DNA from: Nitratidesulfovibrio vulgaris str. Hildenborough
GTDB lineage: Bacteria; Desulfobacterota; Desulfovibrionia; Desulfovibrionales; Desulfovibrionaceae
Reading direction: 5' to 3'
Assembly (NCBI RefSeq): GCF_000195755.1
Contig: NC_002937.3
Span: 150,001 to 182,000 of the forward strand
Length of the DNA stretch: 32,000 nt
Shown here: positions 1 through 7,902 of the stretch, piece after piece
How the letters are laid out: every line of letters begins with the position of its first letter
Position numbering within the stretch: position 1 is the stretch's first letter
Notes under the pieces: generated by a model
The model's database searches: none
Told to the model about the DNA's origin: nothing
The model's input: the letters and a program-made list of their open reading frames with translations, nothing else
Made by a program: the position numbers and the translations under genes

Positions 1-171
1 GAACGGCTTCCCGGCGTACTCACGCATCTTCCTGCCGCTGCGCTACGCGCTACGCCATCGCCCACGGGGGACGATTCGCTTGCACGACAGCGTGGTGCGA
101 CTCCGGCGCAGGGCCCCGCAACCCCGCATCGGGGCGTAGCATCCGGTCAACAGGTCCCCACGTCCGGGCAG

Positions 172-795
172 TTGGCCGACACAGCCGGGGCGCAGGTCAT
201 GGCCCTCACCCTCGATGCCTGCGGTGGCGGCTATGATGCTGGCATTATCGCTATACTGCGCCGACTGCGGATTCCGGCGACCATCTTCGTCACCGGGCGG
301 TGGATACGGGAACACCCCGACGCCTTCGCCGACCTCGCCGCCGACCCGCTTTTCGAGATGGCCGACCATGGTGAACGACATCGCCCCGCTTCGGTGACGG
401 GGCGTAGTGCCTACGGCATCCGTGGGACGGTGTCCGTGCGTGAACTTGTGGAGGAGGTGGAATTTCCTGCGCGAGCCATTCTTGCCGCCACGGGAAAGCG
501 CCCCGCCTTCTTCAGACCCGGCACTGCCTTCTGCGATGATGTGGCGGTGCAGGTGGTGGGGGCGCTGGGCATGACCGTGGCGGGGTACACCGTCGCCGCC
601 GACGCGGGTGCCACCCTGCCTGCGCCCGCCGTGCGGCGCAACGTGGAGGCCGCGCCGTCCGGGGCCATCCTGCTGTGCCACATGAACCGCCCTTCCAGCG
701 GCACGCGTGAGGGGCTGGCGCAGGCCCTTCCCGTCCTGTTGCAGCGCGGGGTGCGCTTCGTCACCTTGTCGGCGGGAGTGGCGTCGGGGCTGTGA
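172..795 (+). CDS. polysaccharide deacetylase (NodB-homology/CE4-like) family protein; start uncertain
   Basis: ORF-track frame with G/C-rich third positions. Motifs ALTLDACGG, ATIFVTGRW and HGERH resemble NodB-type deacetylases. The frame has no stop back to nt 1, so the gene may begin upstream of the window. TTG 172 and ATG 199 are the in-window alternatives. Confidence 0.6.
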   Translation: MADTAGAQVMALTLDACGGGYDAGIIAILRRLRIPATIFVTGRWIREHPDAFADLAADPLFEMADHGERHRPASVTGRSAYGIRGTVSVRELVEEVEFPARAILAATGKRPAFFRPGTAFCDDVAVQVVGALGMTVAGYTVAADAGATLPAPAVRRNVEAAPSGAILLCHMNRPSSGTREGLAQALPVLLQRGVRFVTLSAGVASGL

Positions 796-842
796 CCTCC
801 GAGGCTGTACAGTCGCTACGGGGGTAGCCGTCGGGCCACGGA

Positions 843-1760
843 CTATCCGGATTGCCCGGTTTCTCCGGACCGACTGGACTCCCCGGTTTTCCGGGGCCAA
901 CCGGGCAAGGCGGTGAAGAGACTGTCCGCCTGCGGGCCGAGTCGGGCCATGCAGTCGTCGCGGAAGGCACGCAATGCTTCGGCAGTGGGAATGACACCGC
1001 GCGGGAAGGCGGGCATCCACGTCTCTCCGCGCAGGATGGCCACGGCCCATCCGCGTACCTCCGGTGCGAAGAAGGCAGGCGTGCGCCGGACGATGGCGGC
1101 CTTGGCCTTCGCGTCATCCGCCGAGGCCCCGACCCAGAATCCGTCGTCGCGCAGCCGGTAGTGCACCAGCGGATAGGGTACGCGCACCCGCCGCATACCG
1201 CACGATGCGGCACGCACCCAGAAATCCCAGTCCTCGTAGGCCGTGGCGGCGGTGTAGCCACCTGTGGCCTCCCATACCTCGCGGCGGAAGAGCGAGGCGG
1301 AATGGCAGGGGTTCTGCGTCGGCAGGACGTTACTGTCGTCGTCGGGGATGTTCACACGGCGGATGTGTTCGCCCCTGTGTTCGAAGTAGTCGCTGCTGGC
1401 GACATGGGCATGGGGTGCGTTGTCGAGGGCTTCGACCATGCGTACAAGGGCTTCTGGTGCCAGCGTGTCGTCCGGGTCGAGGCACAGCATGAGCGCCGCT
1501 TGTGCACGCCGCAGTCCCGCATTGCGGACGGGGCCCGGTCGGCCGACCCTCGACAGGGGCACGACGGTGAACGCTTTCCACGGGTGGCATGCCTGCCAGC
1601 GGGCGGCACGTTCGAGTGAGTCGTCGCCGCTGGCGTCATCCACCACGATGACCTCCATCCGCTGCACCGGAAGGGTCTGGGCCGCGAGGGAGTCGAGGCA
1701 GGCGTCGAGGTACCTGCCGTAGTCGTGGTTGGGGATGACGATGGAGACCTGTGGCGACAT
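843..1760 (-). CDS. family 2 glycosyltransferase
   Basis: Track ORF 843..2471 trimmed to the internal ATG (complement of 1758-1760), which has AGGAAA 5 nt upstream. The product starts MSPQVSIVIPNHDYGRYL, followed by VVDDASGDDS and DPDD, a GT-A/GT2 signature. The longer N-terminal extension is Arg/Pro-rich and runs into the upstream gene. Confidence 0.85.
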   Translation of the reverse strand: MSPQVSIVIPNHDYGRYLDACLDSLAAQTLPVQRMEVIVVDDASGDDSLERAARWQACHPWKAFTVVPLSRVGRPGPVRNAGLRRAQAALMLCLDPDDTLAPEALVRMVEALDNAPHAHVASSDYFEHRGEHIRRVNIPDDDSNVLPTQNPCHSASLFRREVWEATGGYTAATAYEDWDFWVRAASCGMRRVRVPYPLVHYRLRDDGFWVGASADDAKAKAAIVRRTPAFFAPEVRGWAVAILRGETWMPAFPRGVIPTAEALRAFRDDCMARLGPQADSLFTALPGWPRKTGESSRSGETGQSG

Positions 1761-2046
1761 GGTTTTCCTGTTATCTTGAGGATTGCGCCCATACGCTGCG
1801 CTGTCGTGCCGTTGCCTGCATGGGCGTATCCGGTTTGCCATGCCGCGTTCATCCATCCGGTTGCGGTCAGTCTGCCGACCGGCGGTCGACCGGGTGCAGC
1901 CCCGCAGCCCCCCCGCAGCCTGTGGCCACCCGTAGCTATCCGCAATCGCGCCTTGTACCGCCCTCGGGCCGTCCTTGGGCCGCCCTTGGGCAGGAGGTCG
2001 GGGAGGTTTCGGTGCGCATCGGACAAACCCCGCCCGGATGTCTCTG

Positions 2047-3411
2047 CTAGATGTCGATGGAAAGCTCTTTGAGCTTGAGCCACAACTGCTTGCGGCTGAT
2101 ACCGAGCAGGTCGGCAGCCTGTATCTTGCGGCCCCCCGTGCGTTCCAGCGCCTCCATGATGCGACGTCTCTCGAAGCGTGCCACCCCTTCGGCAAGGGAC
2201 GCCGGGGTGTCGCCCGCGTCATCGTCGCAGGCGGGTGGCATGGACTGCGTGGCTGCGCGGATGCGTTCAGGCAGGTGCCCCACGTGAATCTCCCCTTCGG
2301 TGCAGAGCAGTACGGCATGTTCCACGGCGTTGCGCAGTTCACGCACGTTGCCGGGGTAGTCGTAGGCCAGCAGGGCAAGGCGGGCCTGTTCCGAGAGCGT
2401 GGCCTGACGTTCGTGCAAGGCGCAGAATCGCCGCAGGAAGCGTTCGGTGAGAAGGGCCACGTCGCTGCCACGTTCGCGCAGGGGCGGCAGCGTCACGGGC
2501 ACGACGTTGATGCGGTAGTAGAGGTCTTCGCGGAATCTGCCGTCGGCTATGGCCTCCTCGAGGTTCCGTGCCGTGGCGAACACCGTGCGCACGTTGACCT
2601 TGCGCGGGGTGTTGCCCCCCACGGGGGTCACCTCCTGGTCTTCCAGCACACGCAGCAGCTTCGCCTGAAGGGGCAGGGGCATCTCGCCCACCTCGTCGAA
2701 GAACAGCGTACCGCCGTCGGCAGCCTCGAACTTGCCGATGCGCGCCTGCTGGGCACCGGTGAAGGCTCCCTTCTCGTGCCCGAACAACTCCGATTCGAGC
2801 AACTGTTCCGGCAGTGCCGCGCAGTTGATCTTGATGAACGGCCTGTCGCGGCGCTTGCTGCGGCGATGCAGCGCACCCGCCACCAGTTCCTTGCCCGACC
2901 CGCTGGGGCCGAGCACGAGTACCGGCACACAGGCGTCGGCGAGGGCGCGGATGCGGTCGAAGACCTTGAGCATGGCCGGGCTTTCGCCGATGAACTCGCC
3001 TTCTTCACGTTCTCCGCGCAGTCTGTCGTTCTCGCGCTTGAGGTCGAGAAAGCGGAAGAACCGTTCGACGGCGATGAGCAGCCCGTCACTCTGGAAGGGC
3101 TTGCACAGGAAGTCGAAGGCCCCGGCCTTGATGGCCTGTACGGCCAGTTCCACTTCGGGGAAGGCAGTGATGAGGATGACGCCCGTGCCCGGATGCATCT
3201 CGCGGATGCTGTCGAGCAGTTCCATGCCGCTCATGCCGGGCAGGCGCAGGTCGGTGATGACGAGGTCGAAGGGTCGTCGGTGCAGGGCGTGGCGTGCCGC
3301 CTCGGCGGTGTCCGCCGCGGCGACCTCGTAGCCTGCGCGCGAGAGCGCGTGCTGCATGCCGAGGCGCATGGAGAGTTCATCTTCGACGAGAAGTATGGAG
3401 TGGGGGGTCAT
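2047..3411 (-). CDS. sigma-54-dependent response regulator (NtrC family: receiver + AAA+ + Fis-type HTH)
   Basis: Receiver domain (ILLVEDE, VITDLRLPGMSG, KP). AAA+ Walker A GPSGSGKE. Sigma-54 contact loop GAFTGA in FGHEKGAFTGAQ. C-terminal HTH AADLLGISRKQLWLKLKE. The ATGA start/stop overlap with the upstream kinase gene implies an operon. Confidence 0.95.
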   Translation of the reverse strand: MTPHSILLVEDELSMRLGMQHALSRAGYEVAAADTAEAARHALHRRPFDLVITDLRLPGMSGMELLDSIREMHPGTGVILITAFPEVELAVQAIKAGAFDFLCKPFQSDGLLIAVERFFRFLDLKRENDRLRGEREEGEFIGESPAMLKVFDRIRALADACVPVLVLGPSGSGKELVAGALHRRSKRRDRPFIKINCAALPEQLLESELFGHEKGAFTGAQQARIGKFEAADGGTLFFDEVGEMPLPLQAKLLRVLEDQEVTPVGGNTPRKVNVRTVFATARNLEEAIADGRFREDLYYRINVVPVTLPPLRERGSDVALLTERFLRRFCALHERQATLSEQARLALLAYDYPGNVRELRNAVEHAVLLCTEGEIHVGHLPERIRAATQSMPPACDDDAGDTPASLAEGVARFERRRIMEALERTGGRKIQAADLLGISRKQLWLKLKELSIDI

Positions 3412-5072
3412 GGCGTCTCCCTTGCGAGTGGCAGGCTGATGACAAAGGTGGCACCGGCGGGGTGGTCTTGCCCTGCGTGTTGTCCGCCGTGCGCGTGCGG
3501 GGTGGTGTCCGGGGGCGTGTCGGTACAGGCTCCCTTGTGGGCTTCGGGGCAGCCCTCGGGGGATGCCTCTGCGGATGGTGCCTCCGGTGCGGGCGGCGAC
3601 TGTGCAGGCGGCGTCTGGATGAAGAGTGCGGAATCGGAGGGCCCCGCCTCGTCATGCGGCGGTTCCAGTGTCAGCGTGCCGCCGTGCCGCATGACGATGG
3701 ACGCCGACACGGCAAGGCCGAGTCCTGTGCCGCTGCCTGCGGGCTTGGTGGTGAAGAACGGGTCGAAGATGCGTTCGCGGTGCTCTTCGGCCACACCGGA
3801 ACCCGTATCCTGCACTTCGATGCGAACGTCGTCTCCGGCGCGACGGGCCGTGATGGTGAGCGTGCCACCGTCGGGCATGGCATCGGCCCCGTTGAGGACG
3901 AGGTTGAGCAGCACCTGCCCCATCTTGTCGGGGTCGATGGCAAGGGGGGGCACGTCGGGCGAGACATGGCGCACTACGTTGATGCGCCTGCGTTGCAGCG
4001 TGTAGTCCACGAGGGCCAGCGTGCGGTCGATGAGGTCGTCGGCACGCGCCTCGCGCACGGAAAGCGGGGCGGGGCGCGCATAGTGCATGAGTTCGCGCAC
4101 GATGCGCCGTATCTTTTCGAGTCCGTCGTCGATGACCTCGATATGCTGGCGGCGGGTGGCTTCGTCCATGCCGCCTTCGGTGAGGTTGCGGAAGCAGAGG
4201 ATGACCCCGCCGAGAGGGTTGTTGATTTCATGGGCCACGCCCGACGCCAGCTGGCCGATGGTGGCAAGCTTCTCGGTCTGGTACATGCCCTCCACTGCCC
4301 GCAGGCGTTCGCGTTCGGCGTCGCGCAGCCTGCGCGTCATCCACATGAAGCTGGCCTGCAACGTGCCTATCTCGTCATCGCGACGGGGCAGGTCGGGCAG
4401 CGGGCCCGCAAGGTCGCCGCGTGCGGTGATGTCGTTCATGGTGCGCGTAAGGGCGGCGAGGGGGCGCGCGAAGTGCCGCCCCGCATACCAGACCCCGGCG
4501 AGGGCCACCAGCAGCAGTACCGCGCTGATGCCCAGTACCTCGCGGCGCAGGGCGTCGAGGCTGCGGTACATCTCGCGCAGCGAGAAGCCGATGCGGCACA
4601 CCCCCCAGCGTTTGGAACCGATGGACAACGGCACCGCGATGTCCAGATGGGGCCCGAGGTTTGCCGTGTCCTGTCTCGATACCGTCGGAAAAGTCGCCGC
4701 CAGTGCCGTGCGGGTCGTCTCGTCGGTGTGCCGCCTGCCGTATTCGCGCAGGTTGTTGTGCGCGATGACGCGGCCTTCGGGGTCGAAGACCATGAAATAG
4801 ACGATACGCGTGTCGAGGCGCATGACGTCGGCCACGAAATAGTCGAGATAGTCCGACATGCCCGACGTGTCGACCATGCCGAGGTCTTCGTAAATACGGG
4901 CGTTGGTGAACAGCACCGCCGAGATGCGCGCGATGCCCATGCCCTGTTGCGTGGCGTTGCGCAGCAGCAGGTCCTCTTCGCGCTGGATGGTCACGAAACT
5001 GAGCACACCCGCGAAGATGGCGATGCACGGCACCGCGAAGAGGATGAACTTGGCCTGCATCCCGAATCTCAC
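3408..5072 (-). CDS. sensor histidine kinase (periplasmic sensor, HAMP, HisKA, HATPase_c with a low-complexity insert)
   Basis: Two TM segments flank a roughly 150-aa extracytoplasmic region. HAMP-like segment (RPLAALTRTMNDI...DEIGTL), H-box SGVAHEINNPLGG, N box LNLVLNGADAM, G boxes DTGSGV and GTGLGL. GTG start overlaps the upstream stop (GTGA); ATG at 5060 is an alternative. Confidence 0.9.
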   Translation of the reverse strand: MRFGMQAKFILFAVPCIAIFAGVLSFVTIQREEDLLLRNATQQGMGIARISAVLFTNARIYEDLGMVDTSGMSDYLDYFVADVMRLDTRIVYFMVFDPEGRVIAHNNLREYGRRHTDETTRTALAATFPTVSRQDTANLGPHLDIAVPLSIGSKRWGVCRIGFSLREMYRSLDALRREVLGISAVLLLVALAGVWYAGRHFARPLAALTRTMNDITARGDLAGPLPDLPRRDDEIGTLQASFMWMTRRLRDAERERLRAVEGMYQTEKLATIGQLASGVAHEINNPLGGVILCFRNLTEGGMDEATRRQHIEVIDDGLEKIRRIVRELMHYARPAPLSVREARADDLIDRTLALVDYTLQRRRINVVRHVSPDVPPLAIDPDKMGQVLLNLVLNGADAMPDGGTLTITARRAGDDVRIEVQDTGSGVAEEHRERIFDPFFTTKPAGSGTGLGLAVSASIVMRHGGTLTLEPPHDEAGPSDSALFIQTPPAQSPPAPEAPSAEASPEGCPEAHKGACTDTPPDTTPHAHGGQHAGQDHPAGATFVISLPLARETP

Positions 5073-6007
5073 GGCTGTGCCTCCTGCGTATCCGGCGACA
5101 GCCCCACCCTGCGCTCCATGGTGCGGAACATCTCGTACACCGAGGCGTCCACCGTGCCGAATCCATGGCGCAGCACTTCGTTCCAGCCTTCCGAGAGTCG
5201 GGCCACGTCGGGGGCGTCGGGGTCGATGCCAAGCAAGGCGTCACGCAGGGCGTTGCGTACCTCTTCGGGGACATCGGCCCGCGCCACGATGATGAAGCCG
5301 GGGAAGGGCTGCGTGGCGTCCACGACCTTGAGTCCCACCCCGAGGTAGCGCACGGCCATGGGTTCGCCAAGGGCCCCGGCGTCGTATTCACCGCGAAGGA
5401 CGGCACGCGCCACGGCATCGTGCGTTGTCAGGTTGGCATAGGTGGCGAAATCTTCGAGGGTGATGCCGTGTTCGGTGAGGTGGTCGAGGGGCGCGAGGTA
5501 GCTTGCGGTGGAGTCGGGCGACCCGAAGGCGAAACGCTTGCCCTTGAGGTCGTTCGGCGAGCGGATGTCCTGCCGGTCTTCGCGTGCCACGATGAGGCTT
5601 CGCGTCGTGGGGGTCCCGTCCCGGCCCAGGACGGCACAGAGCGGTATCAGCGGGGTGCGGCCCCGTGCCTGCAGGAAGGTGCGGCCCGCCAGCAGCGCGA
5701 TGTCGAGGGTGCCCGCCTCCAGCCTGTCCACGATGGTCGAGTAGCGGTGTTCCAGTACCAGTTCGAAGCGCCATGGCTGGCGTTCGGCGAGAAAGTCGAG
5801 GAACGGCTGGTACTGCTGGTAGATGACCAGCGGGTGATTCAGCGTGATGACGCCGAAGCGGTAGGCGCGGGGCTTCGTGCCCGTTCCATTGACCTGCTGC
5901 TGTGTTCCGGCTTCGGGCGGGGGCGTGGCGGCATGCGCCGGGGCTGCGCGAGACGACGCGACCGCGAGGCACAGCGCGATGAGAATCAGGGCAAGGGGGC
6001 GGGCCAT
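5069..6007 (-). CDS. PhnD-like (phosphonate/phosphite-type) periplasmic substrate-binding protein, probable kinase co-sensor
   Basis: Signal peptide MARPLALILIALCLAVASSRAAPAHA. Body (YRFGVITLNHPLVIYQQYQPFLDFL, LEAGTLDIALLAG, FAFGSPDSTASYL) resembles PhnD-family binding proteins. GGAG lies 6 nt before the ATG. Overlaps the kinase gene start. Confidence 0.8.
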   Translation of the reverse strand: MARPLALILIALCLAVASSRAAPAHAATPPPEAGTQQQVNGTGTKPRAYRFGVITLNHPLVIYQQYQPFLDFLAERQPWRFELVLEHRYSTIVDRLEAGTLDIALLAGRTFLQARGRTPLIPLCAVLGRDGTPTTRSLIVAREDRQDIRSPNDLKGKRFAFGSPDSTASYLAPLDHLTEHGITLEDFATYANLTTHDAVARAVLRGEYDAGALGEPMAVRYLGVGLKVVDATQPFPGFIIVARADVPEEVRNALRDALLGIDPDAPDVARLSEGWNEVLRHGFGTVDASVYEMFRTMERRVGLSPDTQEAQP

Positions 6008-6056
6008 ATGCGACTCCGGCCCGAAGGGGCCAGTGGGCCTTCGGCCCGTCGCGGGC

Positions 6057-6500
6057 CTAGGCCATGATGGTTATCTTGCAAGGGCTCGAACGGTTGAGGC
6101 GTTCGGCGAGATGCGGGGTGGTGAAGTCCATGCCCCAGCTGTGCGGGGGCAGCACTATCTCGTCTGCGCCGTTCTCGGTGGCGGCGGCAAGTACCTCGCG
6201 CAGGGGTTCGCCCCATCGCACCCCGAGCAGCGCGTGGACGCCGCTCTTGCGCGCCCGCTCGACGAAACCGCCCAGACGCGCCTCGCATTCGCTCTCGCCC
6301 TGCTCGCGCACGTAGTTTAGGAAGGTCTCCTTGTCACTCTGCGTGGCAAGCTGGTCCACCAAGCCATAATGCATGAGGTCGGTATCCACAACATGCAGGG
6401 CCATCACGCTGCCGCCTTCGCGGCGGAGGGTGGCGATGACGTGGTCTTCGGCGTGCCGTGCCTCTACGGAACCGTCGCTGCCGAGAAGGATGCGTCGCAT
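6057..6500 (-). CDS. universal stress protein (UspA family)
   Basis: 147 aa. RILLGSDGS start and a C-terminal ATP-binding-like region (AAATENGADEIVLPPHSWG) are typical of the UspA fold. AAGGAG lies 6 nt upstream of the ATG. Confidence 0.8.
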   Translation of the reverse strand: MRRILLGSDGSVEARHAEDHVIATLRREGGSVMALHVVDTDLMHYGLVDQLATQSDKETFLNYVREQGESECEARLGGFVERARKSGVHALLGVRWGEPLREVLAAATENGADEIVLPPHSWGMDFTTPHLAERLNRSSPCKITIMA

Positions 6501-6519
6501 GGCGTTCTCCTTGTGTGGT

Positions 6520-6547
6520 GCCGCCGCCGGAGGGTTCCGGCGGCGGC
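6520..6547 (-). terminator. GC-only 12-bp stem-loop between the mini-ORF and usp; possible U-tract-less terminator or processing/stability hairpin
   Basis: GCCGCCGCCGGA (6520-6531), loop GGGT, TCCGGCGGCGGC (6536-6547) form a perfect inverted repeat. No U tract follows on either strand. It ends about 10 nt from the usp Shine-Dalgarno. Confidence 0.4.
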
Positions 6548-6581
6548 GTTGTGCTGGCGATGCTGGTGATGCCCAGTGATG

Positions 6582-6680
6582 CTAGGCGAGGAACTTGGCG
6601 AGGGTGATCACGGCGAAACCGAGGAAGACGACGATGGCGTCCTGACGGCGCGACTTGGAGAGGGACTTGAAGAACGACAT
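6582..6680 (-). CDS. 32-aa single-TM mini-protein (MSFFKSLSKSRRQDAIVVFLGFAVITLAKFLA), not in the supplied ORF track
   Basis: My translation of the complement of 6680..6582. The ATG lies 12 nt after the YeiH stop, with AAGGAG overlapping that stop and 7 nt of spacing. Nearly all third codon positions are G/C, as in neighbouring genes. Basic N-terminus followed by a hydrophobic helix. Confidence 0.6.
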   Translation of the reverse strand: MSFFKSLSKSRRQDAIVVFLGFAVITLAKFLA

Positions 6681-6692
6681 GGTTATGCTCCT

Positions 6693-7775
6693 TTAGCTCA
6701 TGAAGAGGAGGACAGCGGCAAGGGCGAGGGCGGCCTTGAGGCCAGCTACGCCGAAGCCGAACAGGAACCCGTTGAGGCCCGCAGCGCGCAGGTCGGAAAG
6801 ACGGGTGGTGAGACCGATGCTGGCGAAGCCCAGCAGGAAGGCCCATTCCATGAAGTGCTTGGCCATCTTCACTTCGGGCTTGGTGAGAACGCCCGCCGTG
6901 TTGAGGCACACGATGGCGAGGAAGCCCAGGACGAACAGCGGGAACTTGTCGCGGATCATCTGCCACTTGTTGATCTTGGCGACTTCGTTGCCCTGTTCGG
7001 CTTCCTGTGCGGCGGCCATGATGGCGAGCATCAGCACCACGAAGGGCAGGAAGACCACGCGGCCGATGTTGTAGATGCCCGCGACGATGCCCGCTTCCTG
7101 ACTGAAACCGAAGCCCGCGGCCAGCACCTGCGCCGAGTTGACGATGCCGACGCCCGCGAAGGCACCGAACTGCTCGGGGGTGAGGTTGAACACCTTGCCG
7201 ATGAGCGGGAAGGCGATGAGCGCCAGCAGGCCGAACATGAGCACCACGGCGATGGAGTAGGCCATGTCCTCGTTCTTGGCCTTGACCGCGGGGGCGATGG
7301 CGATGGTGGCGGAAACGCCGCACACCGACATGCCCGCCGCGAGACACGCGGCAAGAGGCGTGGACATGCCGACCTTGCGGCACAGCCACATCATGACCAG
7401 CGCCGTTCCGAACAGGAACACGGCGATGAACACCAGCGCCTGTGCACCCACTGAGACAAGGCCAGCCAGCGAATAGCTGGAACCCATGATGACGATGCCC
7501 GTCTTGGTCATGATGGTCGAGTAGCGCAGCCCCGGCTGGAACACGGCGGGAACGCCCACGGTGTTGCGGATGATGATGCCGAAGATGATGGCGAGGATGA
7601 AGTCCTTGAGCGAGAGATAGGTCTTGAACAGCGGATAGGCTTCAAGCTTGGGTGCCACGAAGCTGGCGACGAGGGCCACCGCACAGACCAGCAGCAGGCC
7701 GGGAAGGCTCTCCGTCACGGCCCGTGCGAAACTCTGCTGGGCTTCGACAGGCTGGGAGATGACGTTCTGGGACAT
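6693..7775 (-). CDS. yeiH: YeiH/UPF0324 (putative sulfate exporter, PSE family) membrane protein
   Basis: 360-aa polytopic membrane protein whose length and pattern resemble the YeiH family. AGGAG lies 7 nt upstream of the ATG. Preceded by a sigma-54 promoter. Confidence 0.8.
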   Translation of the reverse strand: MSQNVISQPVEAQQSFARAVTESLPGLLLVCAVALVASFVAPKLEAYPLFKTYLSLKDFILAIIFGIIIRNTVGVPAVFQPGLRYSTIMTKTGIVIMGSSYSLAGLVSVGAQALVFIAVFLFGTALVMMWLCRKVGMSTPLAACLAAGMSVCGVSATIAIAPAVKAKNEDMAYSIAVVLMFGLLALIAFPLIGKVFNLTPEQFGAFAGVGIVNSAQVLAAGFGFSQEAGIVAGIYNIGRVVFLPFVVLMLAIMAAAQEAEQGNEVAKINKWQMIRDKFPLFVLGFLAIVCLNTAGVLTKPEVKMAKHFMEWAFLLGFASIGLTTRLSDLRAAGLNGFLFGFGVAGLKAALALAAVLLFMS

Positions 7776-7811
7776 GGGACACTCCTGAGGGCAAAAGTTT
7801 ACCTTGCCATG

Positions 7812-7827
7812 AGCAAATGGAGTGCCA
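7812..7827 (-). promoter_or_regulatory. sigma-54 -24/-12 promoter (TGGCAC-TCCAT-TTGCT)
   Basis: Complement of 7827..7812 matches TGGCAC-N5-TTGCW at all conserved positions. The GC of the -12 box is 38 nt upstream of the yeiH-type ATG. Confidence 0.8.
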
Positions 7828-7902
7828 TGCCTTTTAGGTGTTCAATCACAGATGGTTACATCTTCGATGTCGTGTTTCTCGTGTGTGTTTGCGGGAAGGG
7901 AA

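Noticed and set aside
1761-2471. N-terminal extension of the GT2 ORF (track 843..2471). Similar extensions occur at 22474..22950 (TtuA-like), 26867..27037 (trpS) and 21482..21649 (second GT2).
   Set aside because: The extensions are Arg/Pro/Ser-rich, lack RBSs, and overlap neighbouring genes or spacers. The internal starts have Shine-Dalgarno sequences and give proteins that begin where the family domains begin.
1975-5348. Two very long plus-strand ORFs (1975..4005, 676 aa; 3294..5348, 684 aa) opposite the regulator and kinase genes.
   Set aside because: They are antisense shadow frames, typical of high-GC DNA. Their products are Gly/Ala/Arg/His-rich with no motifs. The minus-strand frames carry complete, canonical NtrC and histidine-kinase motifs.
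6576-7454. 292-aa plus-strand ORF opposite the YeiH-type gene.
   Set aside because: It is the same kind of antisense artefact, with an acidic/Gly/His-rich product and no start context.
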